A stretch of DNA of 64,000 bases from Octopus vulgaris. Taxonomy: Eukaryota. The stretch is from positions 50,592,001 to 50,656,000 of the forward strand of contig OX597816.1 of the NCBI GenBank assembly GCA_951406725.2, written 5' to 3'. Both the position numbers and the translations under genes were made by a program. This document shows positions 14,170 through 27,606 of this stretch, piece after piece; positions within the stretch are counted from its first letter, which is position 1, and every line of letters begins with the position of its first letter. The notes below the pieces were generated by a model. It saw nothing but the letters and a program-made list of their open reading frames with translations, ran no database searches and was not told where the DNA came from.

Positions 14170-14852
14170 ACGCACAAACATGAACATATGCATTTGCAAT
14201 TCTCATGCACATATAAATATAAATATGCACATATAAATTAATATTTTATTTGACACGTTTCAGTGCAAACTTACCTCCCTTCCTGTGATATGGTACATGC
14301 AGGAGCAGTAGTTATTATTCTTAGTTACCTCCCTACTGTAGCAGTATGGTATCTGGATTTTAAATTCTCAGTGTTTTGGGTTTTTTTCTCTCCGCTTTTT
14401 TAGTATTTGCTTTTTTTTCTCTTGTTTGTTTGTTTGTTTGTTTTGTTTTTGTTGTTTTTTATTCGAAAGATGCACTTGTAATTTGTCTGCAGTTATTTCA
14501 TGGGCCAGCTGTTGTCGAAAGTATTAATGCTGTTTAGCTCTCATCGTTGCTCTTCTTAGTTGTAGCCCTGTGAATTGCGGTAGCGAGCTACGTGAGTTTA
14601 TGAGAGAACGTAAACGTTCATAATAGCTTTATGCGGTACTTGGCATGTGCATGTATATAGATCGAGTTTTTCTTATTTAGCTGCTAGGAAACAATGAACG
14701 CCCACATGCACATAGTCTATGCAAATAATGACAAATACACACACACACACACATTATACGCTGAATATACACTCAAACACAATTTATATACAAGCTTACA
14801 CACGTGAAGTCAAGTTTACACACAAAAACAAATGCAAATTTAGTGTGAGTGC

Positions 14853-14904
<52 letters not shown>

Positions 14905-15009
14905 CTATGTATGCACACACACACACATATGTATGTGTGCATGCACATATATGTATATATATGTATATTAATAATATGCACACATATACATATGTAAATA
15001 CACACACAC

Positions 15010-15138
<129 letters not shown>

Positions 15139-15683
15139 TACATATGTACATATATTCATATATATATGTATTTATGTATGTATGTATGTATTTATGTACA
15201 TATGTACATACATACATACATGTCTGTCATTGAATATGTTATACATGCATGATAAAGCACGCGTACTTATACACACATACACAGCATACCTATATATATA
15301 AAGATGTACAAATATCTGTGCCAGTGTGGTGCGTGTGTGTGTGAGTGTGCGCGCATTTGTGTGTGTCTGTGAGTGTGTGAGTGTGTGTGTGTGTGTGTGT
15401 GTGTCTGTGTGTCTGTGTGTGTGTGGTGTGTTTATGTGTGCGGGCTGCACTCAGGATGGCAAATATATAGTTTTGAATCCCAGACCAGGCTTACCTTATA
15501 TTTTTTTACCATGACACTTCAATTTAACCTTTACGCAATCCACTCAACCCTAAACCTGCGACATACTGACATACCTTTGAAGGGGCACACTTCGAACGCA
15601 GTCAATTATACGACACAGAAACTGGGTAACCAACATTATAAGTTCAAAAACTTGAAAAAGAAATGCCCAGGGTACTTATTTTA

Positions 15684-15732
<49 letters not shown>

Positions 15733-15752
15733 TTTATTTATTATATAGAAGG

Positions 15753-15801
15753 AGCCTACAGGACTAGTACTGTTTCATTCAAGAGAAATCTTCAGGAAGC
15801 T
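15753..15801 (-). ncRNA. Hammerhead ribozyme motif, left-arm copy (weakened stem I)
   Basis: Minus: AGCTTC CTGAAGA TTTCTCTTGAAT GAAA CAGTACTAGTCCTG TA GGCT; 2 nt missing from the 3' strand of stem I relative to the right arm. Confidence 0.5.
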
Positions 15802-16158
15802 GTTTAACAAGAATTGTATTAGCATTTATACATTTAGAGGAGTGGTGGTGGGGGACTTTTGGGGTAGGCATAGGCAAAATATCATACTAGGGGAGTGTAA
15901 GGTAAAATAAAAAAAAAAAATAAAAATAAAAAGATGAAATAAAAGAATAAAAATAAAAATATAAAAATATAAAAATATAAAAAATATAAAAAATATAAAA
16001 AATATAAAAATATATATAAAAAATATATAAAAAATATATATATAAAATATATATATAAAAAGGGGGATAGAGTTATAGGTAAATAAGGAGATTCTCACTT
16101 ATACCTATACACACATGTATACGTATCTACACACACATACGCACATACACATATATCT

Positions 16159-16203
<45 letters not shown>

Positions 16204-16373
16204 CCTACACATACACACATACATACATACAAATATACATATACATATATATATATATAATCCAATACAGGCCCATTCCCTAATTTTAATTTTAGGGAAT
16301 GGGCCTGTATTGGATTGTATATATATATATATGTATATGTATATTTGTATGTATGTATGTGTGTATGTGTAGG

Positions 16374-16420
<47 letters not shown>

Positions 16421-16798
16421 AGATATATGTGTATGTGCGTATGTGTGTGTAGATACGTATACATGTGTGTATAGGTATAAGTGAGAATCTCCTTATTTAC
16501 CTATAACTCTATCCCCCTTTTTTATATATATATTTTATATATATATTTTTTTATATATTTTTTTATATATATTTTTATATTTTTTATATTTTTTATATTT
16601 TTTATATTTTTTATATTTTTTATATTTTTTATTTTTATTCTTTTATTTCATCTTTTTATTTTTTTATTTTTTATTTTTTTATTTTTTATTACCTTGACCA
16701 CTCCCCCAAGTATGATATTTTGCGCTATGCCTACCCCCAAAAAGTCCCCCACCACCACTCCTCTAAATGTATAAATGCTAATACAATTCTTGTTAAAC

Positions 16799-16849
16799 AG
16801 CTTCCTGAAGATTTCTCTTGAATGAAACAGTACTAGTCCTGTAGAAGCT
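16799..16849 (+). ncRNA. Type I hammerhead ribozyme motif
   Basis: AGCTTC-CTGAAGA-T TTC TCTT GAA T-GAAA-CAG TACTAGTC CTG-TA-GAAGCT: 6-bp stem I, intact CUGANGA and GAAA, GUA cleavage triplet, near-palindromic stem III; stem II short with a U-U closing mismatch. Confidence 0.7.
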
Positions 16850-17103
16850 CCTTCTATATAATAAATTAATTTTACTCTGCTATGTATTGAGTACCTTACT
16901 TACTGTGGTTAACCCCGAATCAACCCGGGAACTACATATATATATATATATATATATATTACGGAGATGTACTCGCATAGCAAGTAATTTGATCTGAGAT
17001 CGTGTGCTGAAACGAAAACAATTGCAGCGTGGGAGGTGTTTATAAGCCCTTTAAGAAACACACAAACGCCGTGCGACTCACTCCAACATTTAAGTTTAAT
17101 TTG

Positions 17104-17145
<42 letters not shown>

Positions 17146-17240
17146 ATGTACGTATATGTATATGTGTGTGTGTCGCTATATGCGTGTGCGTTTAAGCGCG
17201 ATCGTATGTGCATGTTTGTGTGTAGGTGTGCATTTTATAG

Positions 17241-17306
<66 letters not shown>

Positions 17307-17937
17307 ATATTTGCAGGTATGCATGTACGTATATACTAAACCGTAAGCCGCTATATGACGGGCAACTTTCTGGGTATGCTTTCTACACTTTGGGAAATAT
17401 TAGAGAATAATACAAACATACAATAGTCATAATTAAATTCTGGTCTTCTATTTTATTCGTGTTTATAGAATATGATGTAATGAATAATAATTGTTAAAGG
17501 AGAACAAAAAAGCATCGTTATTGACTTAAAATAAAATTCAATGAATTAATATTCTCATATGTATATTTGCAATCAATACGTTATCTTTAAAAATTTTTAT
17601 CAACTCTACCACACTGTTCTCCATCGAAGATAATTCTCTCAAAAGTATTCATAAAAAAAAAAAACGTGTGTTTATTGGCTATTATATTACACTCATTCTT
17701 CTCATTCTATGATATTTCTTTCTGCATCTCTCATTTATTTTCTCTCTATATCATTTATCTCTCACTCTCTCTCTCTCTCTGTCTCCGTTTGTCTGTATAA
17801 GATATAAAGTGTGGCAGGAGACATGAACCAGGCCATATTTTTACGGGACACACGGGCGCGCACATACATTCAAGCTGACACATGCACACACACACATTCA
17901 CACACACAGATACGTATATATATATATATATATATAT

Positions 17938-18074
17938 AAAATTTAAAGGACTGACCACTATAAATGGTCAGTCCTTTAAATTTTGTATGTAAAAAATATT
18001 TTTAATCTTCGGATTTTTTTAAACATGCTAGGCAACTGGTTTTAATTGAGTAATATCAATTTCTACCCTTATTC

Positions 18075-18080
<6 letters not shown>
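17938..18080. mobile_element. Hairpin-capped short insertion in (TA)n
   Basis: Perfect 20-bp inverted repeat 17938-17957 / 17965-17984 with a 7-nt loop, then about 95 bp unique, flanked by (TA)n. Confidence 0.55.
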
Positions 18081-18126
<46 letters not shown>

Positions 18127-18239
18127 GCTGTTTTCGGGATAAACTTGCCCAATGTTTATCTCCTTTTTCTGAAGATTATCTTGATGTATTCGTTAACAGT
18201 GAAGGGCGTTGCAGAGCATATATATTAAAGTTACTGTTG

Positions 18240-19030
18240 GGAAAGAAGTAGCTGACATAGAGGACTGCAAGCCATATGAATACTGGAAAATTCCTACCTG
18301 TATAACGATTACTCGCGCCGGGTATGAAATCTCCGATACTATGACTTTTGCTCAATGCTCTCTAATAACACACTAAAAGTTGTCGGATGTGACATGGACA
18401 GCTACAGTGGTGACTACGAAGCTGTAGTTAACGTGAATGGATACATCAAAGTTTCTGACTACGTTCGCACTCCCGAATTCATCTAACTATTGATGAACAG
18501 CGTGTTAGGCTCAGTTCAGAGCCCTAGGATAATCTATTGAAAATTGTGTTTAAACCCTGGTTGACGAGAGTTGCTTTCTGAATGTAATGCTGCGATATCA
18601 GGTTTTGGGGCCTAGCCACATCTCCTCAAGGTGTCAGAAGTGGTTGTTAAAGAATTTCTATGACCACAATAGTTCCAATTTCTAGACCTTTAATTTCTCC
18701 GAATGTAACCCCATAGATTACTACTTGTGAGACACGATTGAGGAAGACAACACACATTCACCTTCCAACGCTAAGGCCGAGCTTTTGGCAAAGATGAAGA
18801 AAGTGTTCGAAGATCGTCCCGGCGGCACACTGAGGAACGCATGCACCATTTCCAGAGCTGTCCTGTGGCCGTAAAGAAAGCTGTAGGCGGCTGCTTTGAG
18901 TAAACAATTTCCTCCCAGCATGAAACCCGTTGACATCATTTTGATGTTTGAAAACATTTATTTTTAGATGGAATATTTTGTTTACTTCTTTCTTTTATGA
19001 AAAATGTACTAGCTAACCCAAACACCCAGT
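18240..19030 (+). mobile_element. Decayed Tc1/mariner-superfamily transposon
   Basis: F*(T/P)FNFSECNPIDYYL*DTIEED around 18680-18750 resembles the WPPxSPDLNPxDYxxWG motif; related to 36675-37385. Confidence 0.6.
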
Positions 19031-19440
19031 ATCAATAAGTTTATCGTTTATCTTTCAGCCTAGAATTCATTTGGCTTGCTGGCCGGATCCTATGACCAAG
19101 ACCAAGCTCACGTTTCCCAGAACTGCAAACAGATTTCAAATTGAACAATTTTGAAAGGAAACGACCGTTCGATTATATCACTCGCAATTGTAATTTATCG
19201 AACTTGACAATAAAAAAAAAAACAGTTCAATTCGGTGTGATTTGAACTCACAAACTAAAGCGACTCATATGCCGCTAGATACTTTGTCTCACCTGCTAAA
19301 GATGATGGCAACTCGTCGCCCTTTGTGTTTGTGAGTGTGTGTGTGTGTGCATGCATGTGTGTATGTGTGTGAGTTTCTGTGTGCGTGCGTATATGAATAG
19401 ATTGATAGATAGACAGAAAGACCTGAGATAACAAAGAAAC

Positions 19441-19507
<67 letters not shown>
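19441..19507. repeat. (AGAT)n microsatellite
   Basis: Direct reading. Confidence 0.95.
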
Positions 19508-20179
19508 CGATCGAACAAAAAGCTCGTTGGAAGAACACTAGTATCATACGGCGCTACCTTGTGTGTGACAGTAGCATTGTATACGCTTCATATTTAGATT
19601 ATCTTTCATAAAGAGATCGTATTTTATTGCTGCATTTGTAAGTCATAACTTGGCCCTGCAGTAAACAACTGATGGATATTTAAATTCAAAGAATATCAGT
19701 GTTGTCCGGGCGGTGAGATGGTAAAATCATTACAGCGCCAAAGGAAAATATTAGCAGTATTGTTATGGCCATATGTTCTGAGTTCAAATGTCATGAGGTC
19801 GACTTTACTGTACATCTTGGAATCGATAAATAAATGACAGTTCAGCACTGTGGTCTATATAATCGACTAGGTACTTCACAAAAATTGTAGGCCCAAGGCC
19901 TACAATTTTAAATATATTTTAATGTGGAGAGGCGGTGATTGACAAAAGCTTCGGTGGATCGGTCGTAGAATGATTATGCTACAAGCAATTCTGTCGTTGT
20001 CGTGCAAATGTGTACAAGAGAGGCAGTGCGTCGATCAGAACGGGTTTCTCTACGTGTATACAATACAGAAGAATACACCCAGGAAAATGTAAGCTAGAAT
20101 CCTATGTGCAACCATCGATAATATCCGCGATATTTGAAACCGGTTTTTACGCGCTATTGTTTATAGTGATTCTAAAATG

Positions 20180-20842
20180 TGGCGAGCTGGCAGAAACGTT
20201 AGCACGCCGGGCGAAATGCATAGCCGTATTTCGTCTGCCGTTACGTTCAGAGTTCAAATTCCGCCGAGGTCGACTTTGTCTTTCATCCTTTCGGGATCGA
20301 TAAATTAAGGACCTGTTACGCACTGGGGTCGATGCAATCGACTTAATCCGTGTGTCTGTCCTTGTTTGTCCTCTCTGTGTTTAGACCCTTGTGGGTAATA
20401 CAGAAACAGGTATCTCGACTGTCTTTATGAAAGGCGGCGAGCTGGCAGAAACGTTAGCACGCAGGGCGAAATGTTCAGCAGTATTTCGTCTGTCGCTACG
20501 TTCTTAGTTCAAATTCCGCCGTGGTCGACTTTGCCTTTCATCCTTTCGGGGTCGATAAATTAAGTACCAGTTACGCACTGGGATCGATATAGTCGCCTTA
20601 ATCCTTTTGTCTCTCCTTGTTTGTCCTCTCTGTGTTTAGCCCCTTGTGGGTAATAAAAAATAGGTATTTTGTGCGACTTTAAGTTCTGAATTCAAATTCC
20701 TCCGACGTTGACTTTGCCTTTCATCTTTTCGGGATCGATGAAATAAGTACCAGTTCGCAAGTGGGGCTGAGAGTGGTCGATGTAATCGACCTAAACACTT
20801 TCTCCAAATTTCAGACCATTTGGCTAAAGTAGAAAGAATTAT
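20180..20842 (+). mobile_element. Tandem array of three family B SINE units
   Basis: Units at about 20180-20420, 20432-20665 and 20663-20842, each with the CTTTCATCCTTTCGGG..CGAT core. Confidence 0.8.
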
Positions 20843-21177
20843 TTATAGTGACCCTACTTCAAGTTTAGCCGTTAAAACGAATTATAACATGTGTGTGTGC
20901 GTGTTTGTTTACTCACACATTTATGTGTCTAGGTTCATAAATGTATTGAAGATGCTTCACTAGATGTGCAGGAAACAGTAGTGAATGAAATATATGTGTC
21001 GACAATCGTTTTTATCAGGCCCATGTTGATTTGGTAAGGAATGGCGCTCCGTAAAGAGACTGAATAAAAATTTGATTTTGGAGTGGGTATATGTGAAAAC
21101 TGACCGTTGTGAACTGTATGATGTCGTCTAAATGTAAATCCCATGCATTTTGTGTCATGTGTATAGTATTATTATTA

Positions 21178-21235
<58 letters not shown>

Positions 21236-21252
21236 ATATATATATATATATG

Positions 21253-21341
<89 letters not shown>

Positions 21342-22010
21342 ATATAAGTATATATTTATGTGTAAGTCTGTTTTTGTGTGTGAGATGTCGTGTGGTAGAG
21401 TATGGCTACTTTCTGTATTCTGTTTTATTTACTTATTTGATGTTTTTTTTTAATAAAAAAATTATTTTCTTTCATTAGAAAACCGTTATTCCCGTGTTGT
21501 GTTCGCGGATATATGCGTTTGATGGCGCTAGCAATGAAGTATAGATAATTAAGTGCTTATTTTTTTGTTTTAGAAAAACCAACAATTATATGATATAGAA
21601 TAATTTTCATTTTTGAGCGAGTGGGGTATTGTGTGAAACAGTGTGAGGTGATAGAAATTGAAGTAGCATGAGCATTTATTTGTGAAAATGAAATCCATTG
21701 GTGCATAAAAATTCCTTTCCATAGTTATTATCGCAGCGGTCTTCAAGGCGAAGATTTTCTTCAGGATTGAGACAGTGACAAATGTCGTGTGTTAGGAACT
21801 GGAAGTTCTGGCACAAATTAATTAGCCTACACAAGAGTGTGTGAAAGAAGCTGCATATACTTTATGAATTGTAGAAGTGGGAATCACATGATAAGTGTGT
21901 ATCTATTAAGGAATTAACCCAGTGTAATGAGATTGTTTTTTAGCGCAATCGTCATTCATATTCAGGCCTGGAGCGTAGAGATGACTAATATGGAGAGCTT
22001 AGAGGCATTC

Positions 22011-22608
<598 letters not shown>

Positions 22609-22681
22609 ATATAAGTATATATTTATGTGTACGTCTGTTTTTGTGTTTGTGTGTATGCGTATACATAGGGAAGCATTTATA

Positions 22682-22749
<68 letters not shown>

Positions 22750-23071
22750 CATATATGCATACATATACACATATATGCGCATACAAACACCACAGAGAAA
22801 CTTATAAACCGTAAAATAATAGGTATTTGTAATCTGGGCAAGTACTTTACTAGTATTCTGAAATAACCAAGCTTCTGGCTATGTTTATCGAATGAAAGAA
22901 TACACAAACTTGCGTAAAGTAAATATTTACATAACACACCCTTAGAACTTGTTTATCGCAGCATCATGCACTGTATATTGACTTTATATTTCTGTCCAAC
23001 TTAAAGGTTTTTAGAGTAACATTGTATTAAAGAAATTTTGTGTATGTATTTCTATCAATTCTTTCGCATTA

Positions 23072-23107
<36 letters not shown>

Positions 23108-23109
<2 letters not shown>

Positions 23110-23453
23110 AGATAGCGGTTGTAAATGCAACCCTCCATGGGATAACATATAACCAATATATTAAAGTACCCAACAGTTAATACATAAATGTTCAGAATTG
23201 CGATGTAATTAATTCATTTACTGTATTATATGGGCAAAAGTAAAATGTTTTACCACAAATTCATAATACAAAATAAGAAAATGGAGAAATACATCTAAAT
23301 CAAATATCAATTACCAGATAATACCCAATCACATACTTTATTAAACCACCACATAAGAAACTTTATGTGGTGGTTTAATAAAGTATGTGATTGGGTATTA
23401 TCTGGTAATTGATATTTGAGTTAGATGTATTTCTCCATTTTCTTATTTTGTAT
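23108..23453. mobile_element. Fold-back-ended insertion in (TA)n
   Basis: About 91-bp inverted arms 23266-23356 / 23363-23453 with a 6-nt loop, plus about 160 bp unpaired extension; (TA)n on both sides. Confidence 0.65.
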
Positions 23454-23467
23454 ATATATATATATAT

Positions 23468-23522
<55 letters not shown>

Positions 23523-23533
23523 CATATATATAT

Positions 23534-23574
<41 letters not shown>

Positions 23575-23644
23575 CATATATATATACATACATATATATA
23601 CATATATATATGCATATATATTTATATATGTGTGTGCATTATCC

Positions 23645-23703
<59 letters not shown>

Positions 23704-23707
<4 letters not shown>

Positions 23708-24160
23708 GTAAATCCTCGAGTATATTACAATCTTGAGTATAATACGGAGGGGTTTTTAGGGGGCTGTACCTCTGAAAAACCTAAACCTTGTGTATAATAC
23801 GCAACCTCTCTCTAACGTGAGTCAAGGAGGTCTATATAAAGTCCTTGGTTTGTAAAAATGCATATGGTAACGTCCTTTATTACTATAGTATATATAACAT
23901 AACGCAAACGTGTAGCGTTTTTGTGCATTTTGTTTGCAGAAAATAAATAAATAACAGTAATAATAGTAATAACGTTTAATAAATGTTGCTTACTGCATGT
24001 TATGAATGATTCTTTTATAACGTCATAGTTTTCAGGCTTAGCTTAAGGTATTTTCGCGCCCGTGAAAAATGAAAGGTGTAGTATTGTGCATGTATTTCGT
24101 CGTATGTTAGATGGGGTAGAATCTGTCTCACATTTGGGGTACATAAGCTGGAAATTTCCC
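23704..24160 (+). mobile_element. pogo/Tc2-like DNA transposon end
   Basis: TA-CCGTAAATCCTCGAGTATA terminal motif with repeated GAGTATAATACG; the matching right TIR was not found, so the end coordinate is uncertain. Confidence 0.4.
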
Positions 24161-26587
24161 ATTATTATATAAGTAGACGCACACGCGTCCGTTCAATGTA
24201 ATTTGGGTTCATATTATGCAAGGAGACCAACATCGCAGCTTTAAATTTTCTAAATGCTTCGAGGTATTTTCTCCCATCATGCCTCATATTATATCGATCT
24301 ATATATATTGGAATCAGCATATATATATTTCGAAATTCAAGAAACGAATATATATAGTGAGTCATTACATTCAAGTGTTAGTAAATCACAGCTATGATTT
24401 TTCCGGTTTCCTATATGACAAGCATTCATGATGCTGGACGCAAGGGGAGACAATGCAGCAAATGTTCGCGCATATACCGAACATTCGTACATGCGCATGT
24501 ACATATATCATACTTGAACTACTGCAATATGCATTGAAGTATTCATTATATAAATGAGAATGAGTGTATGTGCATGTGCTTGCGACCAAAACGCTCCGAA
24601 ACAGTGGCTCTCGGAGGAAAACGGATTTTATGTACAAACTCTGCGTCCCAAGGACGTTTTGGGTTATTATTACACAAAAATATAATTTGCTACAAGAAAT
24701 AATCGCCTTCCAGACCACCAACATTTACAGTCTTTAGAAAGAGCCGTACTAAACACATGATTACCAGAATGTCTACGCTTGTATTTGTCAGTCTGTGTGT
24801 CATATCTTATAATTGTCTCGCTCTATTTGTCTATATGTCTATAACTACCTTCTATGCTTTCCATCGATCTTTACCACACACTATTTCACTTTTTCTCTCT
24901 GTATGTGTATATTTCTCAGATATGCTGCTTCCCCTCTTTCTCTCTCTCCCTCTCTCCCTCTCTCTCTCCCTCTCTCTCCCTTGACACGTTATACAAGACT
25001 GCCACAGGAAACGAGCACGTCTGTCCATGTACTTCTCTCTTTCTGTCTATTCGTCTCTTTCTGTCTTTTATGCTTTTCTCATTGTAATTTTCACCTTTCT
25101 CTATATGTTTAACATATTCTCAATTTTTATCTGTATATGTATACCTCTCACGCTGAATGTATGTGCATGTTCTTATATGAGTGAGTTTGTGTGTATGCCT
25201 CTGTGTACGGAATTGTGGTAGGGCCAAAAGAACATGAACAGCGAGTTCAAGAGACGCCCGAAAGTGAAAGGAATAGACTTCACCATAATGAAAATATGAC
25301 CCCCTGTCGGACGGTCTTATTTCAATCCAAATGACTTCAACATATATTGAGCTTTGCTTTTGTCATAACCTTCTACAAATCCGAATGGCACGCATTTCCA
25401 GTTGTCGGCTAACACCCTGGATGCTCAAGTGAAGGAAGTAATAAAAATCGTTACAGCCATGCACCAAGTGGAAAAACAAAATCTTCGTTTATCGAGACAT
25501 TATAAAGAGCCTCAATAATGTAGAGATCTGTCTCGATCAAATGGTCAATCAGTCGGGGAAGACATAGTCTGACAAAGAAAAAAGAAACTGAAATAAAGGC
25601 ATTCTATTGCAAAAATTGTTTGGCAACGACGGGTTATTCGACTTGTATTTTATAATACAAACATTATCTGACGAAGTACTTATTACGTGGGATAGGGTGG
25701 ATAATTATGTTTATTATATCAACATTGTTATTTTGTACTGAATTTCGTCTCAGCATGTGCTACTTAAAACTTCGGGGTGGATAAAAGCTTTGCAGCTTAT
25801 AAAAGGCAAGTCGTTAGAAATCACTGGCTAGGGGCTGTAATATATGCTTTAAAATAATACTTTATAGAAAGAAGTATTATATAGGAAATTTATGTATTTG
25901 TATAATATATTTGGGACATTGCCATCATGTTTTCTATTGCCAAGAAATATCTTAAGAATCAAGTGAATATTTTAGAGGAAATTTTCACTCTAGGGATTTA
26001 AATTTCTTCATTGTTCACTTAACAAATTGCTCGTTGATACTTACATCCAGTGCCAAGTTGTCCCTATAAACTTTTGTTATCCCCTATGTAGTTTTGAACT
26101 TTCCTTTTCATTCATATAACTCCACTTTTTAAATGAACGAACTGGTGTGTTTTTTTCCAAAATAATATCAATGTGAGTTTCTTTGCCTTTTGTGTCAGTA
26201 AGGCACTCTGCAAAAAACTGAAGCAAAATTGAAAGAAGAAAAAAACCCAGGATTATAATGAGAGATATAATATATTGGGTGCATGTGTACTCGTAATACT
26301 AGAAAATACTTGTACACAATCCAATGCAATGACAACAAGAATCTCTGTAGAATAAAGTAAGCTACATGAGCTGACAATATTCTGTGCGTCGATATAGGTT
26401 CCACATTATTTACTTTTAGAAAGTGGTTAAGAATATGGCACAAGAGATAGGCATCATCTATGAAAACTTCTCAATCACTCGATGGTTTAAACACTGCACC
26501 TAATTCCGATGCGTTTATTAGCATACTCGCACACACACGTGACGTTTGGGTATAAACATAAATACACGCTCACTAATAATATATATG

Positions 26588-26662
<75 letters not shown>

Positions 26663-27244
26663 TATAATGTTATGTATGTACGTACCTGTGTATATTTAAT
26701 TTTATTATATTATATTATATATAAAAAAAGGTAGTTGGGTACATATATGAACTCTGAAATTATCAAGTTAATCCATGTGTTGTTCGGCTAAGAATAACTA
26801 CAATATTAACACATATCACCGCGTTTGGAAAAGACTGCCAAAGAGGTAATTAAGCGCTCAATCGATTATGCTCGAGAACTAGTTTGATAAATATTTCTTA
26901 CGTAATAAAATCAAAGCGTTTTCCACAATGTCAGGGTTACAAAAATTAGTTCATGGGACATATCCTTTTCTGAAGCTTGCTTCCTTTGATTTCATCTTTA
27001 ACAAACATATTCCATGCAGTTCCTCTCTTCCATACAGCAGGTCAGCTCAACCTTTCTAACGATTTTTTCGTGAATGCTTTCATTATTTTATATACATATA
27101 ACCTCAACGTGTTCTCTTCAAAAATCAAACACATTCACTTATGCCACAAATGAATATGAAACTACAGATCTTGCCTATTTTTCACCACTGCCAAACCCAG
27201 AGAAGCGTTCAACACATTCTCACACAATCTTTCTTTTTATATAA

Positions 27245-27440
27245 CTCAGCGGTTAGGGCACTTAGCTCGCATGATTGTGGTTTCGATTCTTTGAGCGGAA
27301 AGGAAGGTATGATCTTCAGGAATGCACTTCATTTCATGTTGCTCTTGCCTTCTCATTTCTGAACGAGTAACTCTGCAACGGACTGGCGTTGTGTTCAGCC
27401 GGTTATTGTGATCTGGTTCACTTATGCTCCATGGGAACTG
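27245..27440 (+). mobile_element. SINE family C, diverged
   Basis: CAGCGGTTAGGGCAC...GGTTTCGATTC head, CACTTCATTTCATGTTGCTC core, GAGTAACTCTGCAACGGACTGGCG tail. Confidence 0.55.
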
Positions 27441-27606
27441 ATTCACCTTCTCCATAATTATTAAGATTCGAGAGATAACACAATTCTCTCTAAAAAAATT
27501 TCCAAGAGAAATGATATCAAATGTGCATGTCCATCTTTAAAAAAAGTTTGTAACTAATATAGACGCAGAAGTGGCTATGTGGTAAGTAGCTTGCTTACCA
27601 ACCATT

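Larger units (their letters stand above)
15736..16935. mobile_element. Fold-back (1.13 kb palindromic) Penelope-like non-autonomous element in (TA)n
   Basis: 15736-16283 is the reverse complement of 16292-16866 around the 8-nt loop TTTTAATT; the right arm extends about 70 bp further; (TA)n on both flanks; hammerhead motif in each arm. Confidence 0.75.

Noticed and set aside
21720-21770. Minus-strand CTGAAGA near a GTCTTC/GAAGAT hairpin
   Set aside because: No GAAA closing stem II and no NUH/stem I arrangement.
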